From assembly GCA_013239625.1 (NCBI GenBank), contig MU057347.1, positions 1,203,459-1,267,458 of the forward strand: 64,000 bases of DNA. The letters run 5' to 3'. The notes below the pieces were generated by a model. It made no database searches. It was given only the letters and a program-made list of their open reading frames with translations, and was not told the origin of the DNA. Every line of letters starts with the position of its first letter. Positions within the stretch are counted from its first letter, which is position 1. The translations under genes were made by a program, and so were the position numbers. Positions 11,943 to 24,210 of this stretch are shown here, in pieces. Source of the stretch: Lama guanicoe (taxonomy: Eukaryota).

Positions 11943-13959
11943 ACGGGTGAGGACTGAGTAAATGATAGAAAAACTATACAACCAGCTTATCTGGTAGGTG
12001 GAAACATCAAGACCTAGAGGGAAAAGGGGCTGAATAATATGGGAAATCAGCACCAGAAGAGCAAAGCAGGTGTAAAATGGTCCATACAGGATAATTCTCT
12101 TTCTACTCAATAGTCTGCAACGGTGGACACCAAAATATTCACAGTGATCAGAGTGCTGGGATGATGGTGATTTTTGTCACTGTGCATTTGCTTTTTGGCT
12201 CCTGAGGCCATGTGTTAGTCATGTAATTTTTTTTTAAAGTATGAAAGAACATCAAATGAAACAGAAAACAAAACCGGTGGCCAGGGGAGGAAGAGACCAG
12301 CACTCCTCTTGGTGCGTCTCGCACTCAGCCCCGAAAGGAGATTTGAAAGCCCAGCGGCTGGGGATGGCCCTGGCTAACTGCCTCTGGCCCTATGAACACA
12401 GCCTGCACCCCTCCCTGGGACCCCATCTTATCAGAGAATGCTACGGAACATTCTCCAAGACAATAGACACATCTCATGAAATCTTCTCACCCTGCCCCAA
12501 GAAGAAAAATGAATTCATCACCAGTACAATGAAATGTGATTTCAGTTTTATATCTTTATGACTGTTTTCCCAAGTAAGGGGAAAAAAAACCCCAATTTTA
12601 TCAGGCTACTCTCTCCCACTATCAGCTCAATGTGGCCACCGCAAGGACAGCTCCTGGGGGGAGGGTGGTCTGTGTCTTAGAATGGAGATCCTGGGAGGGT
12701 GCAGTCTGGCCCCTAAATGCCTTGCATGTTGAGGACACCTTCAATATTTGCTGCATTGGATCAGATCTCAAGAAGAATCTTTTTCCTTTGTGTGAATATG
12801 GTTATCGGATTTTCATATCACCGATATCCTCTGCAGAGAAAGATCCATTTCTCAGCACAGTCATCTGACACAACTGGACAAAAGGGAACATGATTCTGCC
12901 CAGTTCGCAAGCAAACCCCGCCACCTGTTTGTTGTCTGCTCAAATGAAAGTGAGAGGAGAATGTTCTACTTGCCTTACTATTTGTCCCCTGGACATCTAA
13001 CGCTAGAAAAAAATGAATTCTTGGATTTTTTTCTCACCCAGAGTTTTTAGACATAGAGCTTTGTTCAGCACGACTAAACCATCATTTATCCCAGCTCCAG
13101 TTACTTTAGAATGAGTTTATTTTCCATCTAGCCTGCACAAGTGATTTACAAAACATGGCAGGTGTCCTCTGTCGGCATTTCAGGGTCAGAGTGGCGCTGC
13201 GAGGAATGAAATCACTTTCAGAGCCTTGTGCTGGGACATAGGGTTTGACAGCAGCAGAGCCAGTCCCATGGTGGCATTTGGACAGAGGGCCATTCGCCCA
13301 CCCCAAGGGGAGCCCTGCTCTGGCTTCACTCCAGGAAAGAAGCTACCAATTCAAGTGTATATATTTTTAGTTCCAACTCAAGCTGAAGAATCAAAGACTT
13401 CTGGGTCCTTGGCCCTTCCTTGCTGCTGCAGATTATTTATCTGGTGAGCAATGTGGTTTCTTGTTTCGCCATGTGCCTGGCTATAGAGCAGGGATAACGG
13501 AGCTGGCTGAGAGGCTGAGGCCTGCAGAGCTCACTGCTGTGAGTGGAGCACTGGAGGCAGACACGTGAAAGGCCCTAGGCACGGGCTGGGACGCTGCTTC
13601 TCATGCCAAGTGCCTGCACATTTCATCTCCTACAGCACACTGGAGAAAGCCAGGAACTTTCAGAGGGCCTCCATCTGGGAAATGAGGAATGGAGGCGAAG
13701 AAGACACAATCAACTCCACTGTTCACTGAGGCCACCCTAATCTCAGCCCTAGCCCCTGTCCCCAGGGTGGACTCTGGCATCACCCTGGGGACAGACACCT
13801 TCTTACCATCCTCCCTTTCTTTGGGAGCAGCCTGAATCTCACCAGGGCAACTTATTCATCTTGTTTCATGAACTTCAGTTCAGTCACAGATACCCATCAA
13901 GTGCTTATGTGCCCAACTCTGTGCTTTCCCCGTTTTCTTCAGCTACAGAACTCCTCCCG

Positions 13960-14378
13960 TTCCCTGCACCAGCCACACCAGCCTCTCACATCCTTGCCAG
14001 CACTGTCCTCCCTGGAGCCACAGGGCCTTTGCACAAGCTGTTCCTCAGCCTGGAGCCCTCTTCCTTTCAGATCTTGATCTCAGCTCAAGCATCCTCTTCT
14101 GAGGCAAACCTTCCTGATCCCTGCCTCGGCCCACCCTCACCCCATGCCCATCTGAATACTCACAGCACCAGGTGTCCTGCCTGGCACTTGTCACAGCTAC
14201 ACCGTGATGCACAATCATTTAACACTACCTGCTATGAGCTCGGCATTTGTGTGTGATTTTTCATTAGTGTCTGTGTCCCCCTAGATTATAAGAAGAGCTA
14301 GGAATGGTGCTGTCTTGGCTCATCCCAGAGCGTGGCTCATGGAGCGGGGCTCCATAAATATTTGTTGAATGGTTGAAC
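13960..14378 (+). mobile_element. L2 LINE 3' end
   Basis: cacagggcctttgcacaagctgttcc...ccctagattataag...ataaatatttgttgaatggttgaa. Confidence 0.8.
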
Positions 14379-16015
14379 ACTTGCTAACGCACCCAACCAA
14401 CAGTCATAACACCCTGCAGACAGTAAGAACTTGTATAACCAAACAAAACATAACAGGATCCATTGCTGAGGGATCACAGTGTGGGCTACACTGAGCATTA
14501 CTGGTTTTGGTTTTGGTGGTGAGCTGGGTCTAGTGCCATCGTGTAGGAAGGAAAGACCCAGGGGGCTGAACTCCCCGGCTGTTTGGTGGTTCGAGTGTCT
14601 CTGAACTTCACTTATGGTGGCAGCAGACCTACCAGTGATAAGAATGTGTGAGACACCAGGTGCCCAGGACAGTGTGGATGGTTATAGGAAAAGAAAGGCC
14701 ACCAGTTACTCTGCAGTGAAAGTCAGAGGAGATCTCATGCTGAACCTGCACAGCGGCGTTTAGATTTTATAACAAGAGCGACACCCTTGTTCCCGGCATC
14801 CCTGTACAAAAACAGCCTTGCCGTCGTGAGTTAGAAACCCCAACTCCATTTCCCCCATTGATGTTATTTTTGATTATGTAACGTTTCTTAGGGAAGCAAC
14901 CATCATAGAACAATCTCGGGTGAAAGGACGTGAGAAACAAAGAGTCGCAAACAGCTCTACCAGCCAGGGCAAAGCTTACTGCATTCGCCCTTTAGACACC
15001 ACGCCTCCTCCTCAGGAGGGAGCAGAACTCATGCCAATCAGCTGAAATCCTCAAACTGGGTGCCACGGCCCCAGACGCTACCTGAACACGCCCTGCTCCA
15101 TCACCTCGGAGCTGACTGCGAAGCCATCGCCCTCCTTGGCGTACACATGCTCAGGTTGTCAAGGAGACCAGCTGTACACGGGACGGCATGCACCCAGGGC
15201 TGGAAGTCAGACTTTCAACGGGGGAGAAAGAAATCATTCCCCTAGTCAGGCCTCAAAGATATGGTAGGTTTATATGTCACAACAGATGAGAAAATTTGCA
15301 GCGGGAGGTGAGAAATTATTACTCTGGTTTTGGGCAGTGGCAGAGGGAGAGGGCGGCGCTCACCTAGGCCTTCTTTGAAAGACAGTCAGACTCCTTGCTT
15401 TGCAAAGGGCTGGAAGGTGGACTGTGTGGGGAGGCAGGCAGGAGGGGTTTTCTTTTCATAGCCTGTTTCCATGGTGCCTGACAGCCCCTGGCAATCCATA
15501 GCTGAGGAGTCTTGGAGAATGGGGGGGGGGCGGGGGCGAGCGAAAAAAAAGGCGAGCGAGGGCCTTATCTCATCCGGGCCACTCTCCAAGGCCCATCCTA
15601 CCGGCCAGTCTGGGCCCCAAGAGTGACAGAGGCCACAGGCAGGCGGCCAGCTCCCCCCCACCCCCAACCTCCCTGGGGAAAGGAGACCAAGGACCTAGCA
15701 GACAAAGGGCAGAGCAGAGAGAGAACCACCCAGGAGCCAAGGGCGGCAGCTCTTACCCACCCCTTCTCTCACCCCTGCCCTTAAGGAAAGTTCACTGAAG
15801 ACCTGGCAGGGCTGTCTGCCCAGCGGACCCTCTAACTAGGAACACATTCTTTCGCTCCCCTCTCAGCCTGGACTACACGGCCCAGATAACCAGATAAGGG
15901 CCTCTTTGATTTCCAGTGTGTTTACACAGGCTGTGGCCCCACGTCTTGGAAAGGATCAACCACATCCAGGCAAGTCAGGACGCCACTGGGTGGGGGAGGG
16001 GGCTGGACGCCTTAC

Positions 16016-16125
16016 CTGCTCTTGGGAATTCATCACACGCAGCTTCATCTGCTTCAGGTACGTGGAGGTGAGGGGCATGTTGTAATCGATGATCCCGGAG
16101 ACCAGAGGAGAGGGAGGCTCGTTTT
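16016..16125 (-). CDS. NOL4L: NOL4L internal coding exon (exon 4 of the long isoform), 110 nt, (E)[36 protein letters not shown]
   Basis: Acceptor ttttgttctttccaccag|AAAACG, donor GAGCAG|gtaagg. The phase 1 entry completes GAA (Glu) with the G left by exon 24099-24210; phase 0 out. Confidence 0.96.
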
Positions 16126-16254
16126 CTGGTGGAAAGAACAAAAGGAAGCCCCTTTCAGCCTGTGCTGTGGGCCCCGGCACCCTGGCACCCATGTGGGGAG
16201 ATCAACAGAGTCCGAGGAAGATGGGGGAGTGGGCTGGAGGTCACTGACCAGGAT

Positions 16255-16572
16255 TTCACCCACGGAATCTGGCCTGTGGATGCAGACTGCATGGCACTTA
16301 AAGTATTTTTCAGTTAGCTGCCGGTGTATAGTAAGAAAGCTCACATTTAAAAAATTAAGGATTTCTTCCTTCTTGGAAGATCTGGCTGCAGAGGGTCCTT
16401 ATTCCCTCGCAGCAAACAGTCACCACAGCTGAGCGGTGGCTGCTCCTTTTAGACGGGGAGTGGGCTCTCTGTTTTGCCAGTCCCCACTCCTTCCTATTGC
16501 TCTGCACACTTGCATTCAATTATGATGCTTGCCAGGGTCCTGAAAACATTTGAGTTTCCAACACTGGTCCTA
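16255..16572. mobile_element. hAT-Charlie non-autonomous DNA transposon (MER102-like)
   Basis: gaagatctggc...gctgagcggtggctgctccttttagacgggg...gccagtccccactccttcctattg...tttgagtttccaacactg resembles MER102. Confidence 0.6.
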
Positions 16573-16779
16573 AGCCCTCTCACATGCCACACTGCAACAC
16601 CCCATCCCCCACCCCCTCTCCCCCAGCAGCGTTGGGTACCACGTGGCTCACAGGTCTGGGCCAGGTCTCCAGTACCCTCTAAATTCTAGTTCCTTTATAA
16701 TCACATGGAGAGGAGCATTGTTCCTCCCATTTCTTGCTTTCTTTTCCTGAAGATCAAAGTAGTGCATGTTCTTTTTGCA

Positions 16780-17250
16780 GAGCATTTGCAAAGTGTGGAA
16801 AGATGTAAAGAAAATTTTTAAAAAACCATAATTGCACCAAGCAGTTTGGCATATGCTTCTGTTTATTTTTTCCTTGTGATTTCTCTTTACATACTTGATA
16901 TCATAATGCATATAGAGAACTATAGGCTGCTTAAAAAATGTTTTTTGGCTTAGCATTTTGTCATAGGCATTGCCCCCACCATCAAAAATCTTGTTTTGCT
17001 TTGCAAATATTATTTTTACAGCCCTGTACTATTTCATCATATTTTCCTTAAGTCATTCACTTATGACTGGACACTCAGGTTGTTTCCTATTGGGGGCTAT
17101 TATAAACATTGCAGGGAACATCTTTGTGCATGAATATTGGTCTGTATTTCTGATCATTTCTTTAGAGCAGATTTCAAGATGTGGGAATTCGTGGGTAAAA
17201 GGGTAGGAATACTCGATAATTCTTAAAATCTCTGGCCATGCTGCCTTCTG
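16780..17250 (-). mobile_element. Ancient L1ME fragment, antisense
   Basis: ggacactcaggttgtttcc.att.ggggctattataaaca...catctttgtgcat...gggtaaaagggt. Confidence 0.7.
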
Positions 17251-17821
17251 CAAAGGCTGCTGCAGGGGACACTGCCCAGCACCTTAGGTGCCACTGTGGG
17301 TGCCATATAGGAGGGACTGCAATGGCACAGGAATGTCAAGAGGACAGGAAGCATGATTCAAAGGGAGCCCATCACCTCTCTCCCCAGCCCAGCTTCCCCT
17401 TCAGATGTCTCCTGCTCTGACCAAGCTCGAAATCCTGCAGCCACCTGCTGGGACCTGTCACACTAGGCGGGGCCTCCTCAGATCATTTAGTCACTTGACC
17501 CGGCTTCGAGCTCTGCCCGGGGAACAGTCTTGCTTATCTGTTCTCTGGCTGCCTCCTCCCTCTGCCGCCAAAGGTGCCAGGCCTTTGACCCAGAGTTCCC
17601 CTGGTGCCTCATTCTGTTCGTGGGCTGGGATTTGAGCAGTGCTTGGAAAAGTGGGAGCGACTTCTGGACGGACCAGAGCCCGCCTTCCACCATCAGCACT
17701 GTCAGCACTGTGCCTGAGAGATGGGCTGGAGGGAACGTGGGTAAGGGGGCCAAGGTGGAGGAAAGCATGGATTCACTGAATCTGCTGCTCCAGAGCCAGA
17801 GCCCCGGCCAGAAAGGAGCTG

Positions 17822-18128
17822 GACGCCAAAGGACAAATACTGTGTGAGTCCACGTAGATGGAATATCCAGAGTAGGCACATTCGTAGAGACAGAAAGTAG
17901 AACGGAATAACCCAGGGCCGTGCCGGGGGCAGGGGTGGGTGGGGGTGGGAGTGGGAAGTTATTGCTTCACGGCTCCACGGTGTCTGTTTGGCGTGATGGA
18001 AAAGTTTTGGAAATTGATAGCAGTGATGATTGCCCAACGGTGTGATATAACTCACACCACAGAGCTGTACACTTAAAAATTACTCATGTGGCAAGTTTTA
18101 TGTTATAAACATTTTACCACAATAAAGA
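17822..18128 (+). mobile_element. L1MB-type 3' end
   Basis: aaggacaaatactgt.tga.tccac...tagagacagaaagtaga...ctgtacacttaaaaat...ttttaccacaataaa. Confidence 0.8.
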
Positions 18129-21100
18129 AGAAAGGCCTCTGCAAACAGGAGGGTGAAAATACCCAAAGGGCACCAGGGAAGTTCCTGCTTGGCACCAACA
18201 GGAACAGCCTGCAGAGAACGGGGTCTGTGCAGTCTGAGCTGGTCTTCTTCTGGTGACCATGCAGCTCAAATAGCATTTCTTATCAAGTTTCGTAGAAATG
18301 TAGAACTTTGTTATGCTTTTTAAAGCAGAATTTTTATTCTTCCAGAAGGAGGTAACTCTCACTAGTAGAATGTCTCAGACTGTATTGAAATGGGCTACAC
18401 CCGTCTCTTTTTTGAAAAAAAAAAAAAAAAAGAGAACTTCTCTTGGTTCTGCGGCAGGGGGGTTCTCTGACACGAGTGCACATCAGCCCCTTTGGCCCAG
18501 ATGCTCAATGCTGTGGGGAAATTAAATGTGTTTTGTGACCTTGAGCCCCGCCATCCACCGACTTGACCTCCTGCAACCTAGGGGCACACTGGGACCTCTC
18601 CTCCGAATCGATGGGGTTGGATGCAATACCTGAGACAGACATTGTAGACACACTGAGACAATGTCACTCAAAAGAGCCATGGTTCCTGTTTTCAGATCTT
18701 AGGTCTTCAGATGGAAAATTCTGCTGTTTCCGTTTCATTTCCTCAAAGACGTGGTTGTCTGGTGAAGAGTTGTTAGATGAAATGGTATGTGAGAAGGGCT
18801 CCCTCACTCTATAGGTCCTGGATCAGAGCCTCAAATGAAGGCTTAGTTGGGTGCCAGGGCGATGCTCTGTGTTCTGTTGTCCACAGAGGCCCGACACTGT
18901 GTTCCTTTACCGAGGGTCACCCATGTCCTATCTGAAATGCTGTGTTACTTACAGAAAGGTAACTTTTAAAAAGCCAGGTACAGCTTGGTTTAGGGAAGAA
19001 ACCCACAATGGCTGAGATGGCTCTCTTAGGAGGCAGGAGAAGGGGTTTTCCTTGGCTTGTTCCCACCCTAGCATGTTCATAGATCAGAAACTGCTTCTGG
19101 TGCCCAGAGGTGAGCAGGGAGAGCTCAAGAAGAGGGGGTGGGATGTCCTCGTCTGAGGAAGTGGGGACATCCAAGCACACACACACAGATCCGTCAGAGA
19201 TCAGCGTGCAGTGAAATGCTTGCATCTGCAGTTCCAGCAGTGAGTTCTGTCAGGGAGGCAGGACCTTGGCAGGCGAGAGACATTCCAGGTGAGGGGATGC
19301 GCCAGGGAGCTGGCTGTGGGAGGTCAGCGCTCGGCCACACCACAGCAAGGAGACAGACAGGCAGGGTTTTCCGCAGCAGGGAGCTGCACAGTTCTGGGGG
19401 CAGTAAGCACCCCACTCGGAGAGGGTCAGCTTAGTAGGAGGAAAGGGCTAAGGGGCAGGGCCAGTGGGGGCTTGGTGGAGTCGGGAGCTCACAGGGATGG
19501 GGATGAACTAAGGTGGACACATGAACAAAGAAGTGGCTCCCTTGGGCTCTGCTGAGACGGGACAGGACACCGTTACGGTCAACAAATACAGTGGCCACGC
19601 CCGAGCCAATACAGATAACCTGAGACCACTGGTGGGTTAGGAGCTAGTAAGGGTCATGCAGCCGAAACAATCCAGTAGGTTACTGCTGAGAGAGGCAGAG
19701 GAACCACCCAAAGAAATGTTTCAGCACCACTTTGCCGAGGAAAACTGAAACCAGCCCAAGCACTAGACCTAGTTTTACAGGCCTTGAAAATAACCAGCGA
19801 TGCAGAGGCGCTCCCCGGGCCAAGCCGAGCGCTGACCTCCGGGGCTGGGCTCCAGCAGCATTCATCAGTCAACGCAAATGCCAGCTGAGGTGGTGGCCCT
19901 GGTCCCCCGGGTGGAACATAAGGGTCAAATTATCATGAGTTTCTACCTACAGTATGGAAGAACTCCTCGGTCTAGAGACATCCATAGCTTCTGCGTGCCG
20001 AGGAGAGTTTTCGGGGGCAGGGCCGGGGACTGAGGGACAAGCGACTGATGAAGGTCTGGCACAGTGGAGCCTAGAGACTGGCCAGCCTGCTTCAGATTTG
20101 GAACCAGAGATCACAGGCCTGGGTCCGGCTCAGAAAGTGAAGAAAAAAACCTCTGTCGCAGGGAAGCGAATCAATATAGGTCAGCAAGTCTTCAAGGAGC
20201 ACTCATGTGTGCACATTCAGGGTGGGGACAGTGTGAGGAAGCACGCAGGTACGGCCCTGTGCTCAGCAGGGCGGGACTGATGGCGAGTGCATTAGCACTC
20301 CGAGGAGGAACAGCCTGGAGGGCTCTGGGATCGCTCCAGGCAGCTGTGTGGAGAGGGGACCCCAATGGGACTTAGGTTCAACCACTCAGATGACGGCTAT
20401 GAGCCCCGCCAGGAGTGCCACGCAGACCCTCCTGCAGGATGGTCCCGAGAACATCTGTTAAGACCCCCATTTTACAGATGAGGCAACGGCTTCTGGGGAG
20501 GCTATGAAACCTCCCCGTCACACAACAAATGAGTCTGAGAGCTGAGAGGACAGGCCGGCATAGGAAAGACTGCAGGGGCAAAGGAATGGCCGGAATGGGG
20601 TCCTCTGGGGGAAGGACAGCAAGGAGGGGCCTCTCAGGGAGGGCGCTGGAAACCACACAGAGGAATCTGGGCCTGGCTGCAAAGGTGCCGCCCCCTGAGT
20701 GGACAACTCTTGCTGAGGAAGGGACCCTTCCATGGGTAACTGGTGTTGCCCGCTGCTAACTCCTGGTCTGCGGCCGCTCACACGGTATTTTGTCACATCA
20801 AAGAAAAGTGAAACATGTCCTGAGGCCCCTCTCCCAGCAGCCAGGGCTGGGCGCAGGGACATCGTGGTCTCATCTCCGTCTCCTCTCTGCCTGGACGTGG
20901 ACCCAGGGACTGGTTCGGGGGCTGATGGAAGAGGAGCGTGGCGCCCCCGGGAGGCCCTGGAATTTCCCATCCTCGGACTTCCTGATCCTCGGCAGCCTCC
21001 TTTGTTTGTGCTCCTGGTGCTGCCGGCGGGGAGGGGGGTGCACAGGACAGTCCAGGCCCCCGCTCCCTGCCGGGGACAAACCACTGAGCAGGGGACGCTG

Positions 21101-22834
21101 CTCTACTTCCTTTCTTTCTTTATAACACGAGGCCAGGAAGTGAGGCGTTCTCCCAGCAGCCCCTTGAGAAGTCTCCATCCTGATCCCTGTCTCCATCCCG
21201 CCCCACCTTCCTGGGACAGGAACACAGGGCCTGCCTCTGGGGCCAGCTCCGATTTCCCAGAGGGCGGGTGAGGGAGGAGGGAAGGCTGGCATGGCAGGGG
21301 TGTCTGTGAAAGAGGGGTCGGTGCAGCTGACCGCATCCAGAGAGGCCTGCATGGCGGGTGGAGATAGGATCTCCAGGCTTTCAGCTGGGGCAGGAGAAGG
21401 GAGGACCTGCCAGCTGGCGAGTCCCGATGCTAACGCCTCTGGCCATTAAGCAGACAGGGGAGCCTTTCAGCCTCTAAGGCTTTCCACTGGCAGCCTCCAG
21501 AGACCAAACCCTTCTCTTTTGTCCAGCAGCCAGGTTGTGGGCTCAGGGTGCTCACCTGGGTGAGTGACTGACTGTGTCTCCCCCGGGACACCTTGACATT
21601 GGCAGTCTTGTGCGCAGGTGCAACAACGTGGCAGGGGGTGGACAGGCTGATGTTCCCTAGGCACCCAGAGGACCAGGCGCCCTACAGAATGGGCTCATTT
21701 AATTCAACTGCTGTCTCATGAAAACCCCAAGAGGGAAGTCTTACTCCCATTTGTTGATGGGAAGATAACTTCTCCTGCCTTCTGGGGACCTCGGACAAGT
21801 GATTTCGCCACACCACCTCTGTGTGCCTCCTTTTCTCAGCTGTAAACCCAGACAGACACCTCAGAGGATTGTAGGAGCTATTAGGAGCAGTTGATGTTCA
21901 GAGAGGTCCCTGAACCTGCTGAGGGACACACAGCAGGGAATAGCAGGCACACCGGGCCTGCCAGACTCCCAGCCCGCATTTTGAGATACTGAGGCCACAA
22001 GTCTCCTGCTCCCTCAGCATCTCCTCCCCTGCCTGCGTAGGAAGCTCCACTCCCAGGGACATGGAAGTGGCATTCCATCTGAGGACGGGCAAGGATAGGC
22101 ACAGTGCAGCCTCACTCCGCCTGCCCTCCGTTCTGCCGGAGCAAGCTGGTGCAGAGAGGCTCCAGCACAGAGCCCACCAAACCTCTCTCCACCTCCCTCC
22201 CCTCCCGTCCCTTCCCTGGGGTGGGGACACTGTGGTGGCAGCCAGAGAAGAAGCAAGCTGCTGCTGTGCTCAGCATCCTCCTCAGACGAGAAGGAGTGAA
22301 GATGCAGCCCTGGAGACCTCACAGCCTTCCCTGGGGAATGGGGGAGGTGAGGCCCATCCTCCACACCAGCAGGGAAAAGGGAGCAGAAGAGATGGAGCCT
22401 GCAGACCCCAGAGCAGCCGACAAACCAGCCCCTCTTGGTCTGCTTCAGTTCCCCTAGGGGAGCGGTCCTGTGCTGGATTCCACCAGTTGCTATGGAAACA
22501 ATTAGGACAGCACAGGAAGGGACAGACAGACGGGTGGGCAGGGACCAAGCAACCAGCACCAGAGCCGGCGCCCCTGGGACCCAGAGCTGGGCAGCGTGGG
22601 GAGAGCAGCAGGGAAAGCCTCCTGGCCCACACACAGGCACCAAGTGCCGTCTTGGCCCAGGGGTTGCAGCTGCCCAGCCAGGGCCAGGCCACGTGCGGCA
22701 GGGCCTCACTCAGGCCTAGGGCGGGCGTTACCACAGTAACTGCCACAGCCACGGCTCACAGCACCAGCACAGCAGCCCCGTGCCAGGTACAGGGATTAAC
22801 TGTCGGATTTCATCACCCCGCCCTCCCGCTGACC

Positions 22835-22970
22835 TAGGTATCACTCAACTCCATTTCACAGATGAGGAAAGCGAGGCTCAGAGAGGTAAAGTCAGTACAC
22901 ACAGCTGTGGGGCTGCGGAGCGGGGGTTTGAACCCACCCAGTGTGGCTCTGGAGCCCCTCTCTTAAACCA
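22835..22970 (-). mobile_element. MIR SINE
   Basis: ccatttcacagatgaggaaagcgaggctcagagaggtaaag...tttgaaccca. Confidence 0.75.
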
Positions 22971-24098
22971 GGAACCCAGCACTCATGAGGGATTAATTAA
23001 ATTAATTCCTGTCCCTCTTACTTCAGCAGCTCTCTGCTGTGCTCAGTGAAGTGGCCGTGGACGAATGGCCCCACGGACAGGAAAGCCTCTGGATCTGTGA
23101 GTGGGCCAGGAGCGGCATCAGGGGCCACTCTGATGGAGGAAAACCCCACCTGACACTATGCTTCAATTCCTTTGTTGTCGGCGGCCTTCATTGCCGGTGT
23201 TTCCCTGTGTCTGGTGGTGTTTCCCATCCTCAGGCAAACATGCGCCGACCTCAGCAACACCGGCAGGCCTGATGCCCAGGCAGGGCCTAGAAGCCCTTGA
23301 CAAGTCACCTACCTGGGCACCATTTCTCAAGGGGCCGACTTACAATCACACCAGCCAAACATATCGGTCCATCTCACTGTGCCAAAGTCACCTGCGAACA
23401 CATGGCCCAGGCCTACTGGAGGCCCCTGGGATGTTCAGTTGAGGTTTGGGTGGGGGACTGAAATAGGGGTCCTTGCTGCATCTCACTGGGCAGGGCGGAG
23501 CTGGAGAGAGTGGACATCGGTCCAGGGATCAGCTTCAGCTGGTCACAAGTACTCTGGGCAGTTTAAATTCTCACAAATCCCCACAGATTTCCTGGGTGTG
23601 CACCAGGTGGTGGGGGGACAAACACTTAGGGAGGCCTACTAACGGGCAGTGTGTGGCCACCAGGGAGGAGGGTGCACGCAAAGAGGGGTGTGCTCCTGTC
23701 CTCAGAGAGTGTAGAGTGGGGTCAGCGAGAGTAGACCCATGTGGACACTAGCCGGGGTGAGACCTGGGTGACAAGAATTACAGAGCTCAGGGAATGGGAG
23801 GAGGAGGAGACCATTTCCACCCAGGACCTCGCTGAAAGAAGACTCTTGAAGGGTGGTAGGAATGTACTGTTGGTTTTTAGTGAAACTTGACATTTTAAAA
23901 AGTTAAAAAAAAAAAAAAAGGAAACCTAAAATGAGGCTCTCTGGGCAGTTCCATGGACCTACACTGGCCTCGGAATTGTGACAACCGCTGGGCGTGCACT
24001 TTTCTGTCCTTGCCAGGAAAGGGAAGGCCCTTCTGCGGGGAGAGCCTCTCCCCGCACAGCCTCCCCCGAGCCTCCAGCACACCCACCTCCTTCCCTAC

Positions 24099-24210
24099 CT
24101 TTGGGCTCCAGGCCGTTGGAATTAAAGTGCATCCTCTTCTGACACTCCGTGCAGCTCATCAGGAACCGGGTCACGGCTTCTCGTGGAAGGAAGGCATAGG
24201 TCTCCGCGAT
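24099..24210 (-). CDS. NOL4L: NOL4L internal coding exon (exon 3 of the long isoform), 112 nt, IAETYAFLPREAVTRFLMSCTECQKRMHFNSNGLEPK(E)
   Basis: Acceptor cctctctcccccag|ATCGCG, donor CCCAAAG|gtaggg; phase 0 in, phase 1 out; peptide matches the NOL4/NOL4L family. Confidence 0.96.

Noticed and set aside
15956-16192. 78-aa ORF as a standalone gene
   Set aside because: Only 16016-16125 is exon; the rest is intron read-through.
22014-22837. Overlapping 231-258 aa ORFs on both strands
   Set aside because: Mutually overlapping frames, no family resemblance, no supporting splice structure.
22990-23010. Near-palindromic gattaattaaattaattc homeodomain-like site
   Set aside because: A single short AT-rich motif with no supporting context.
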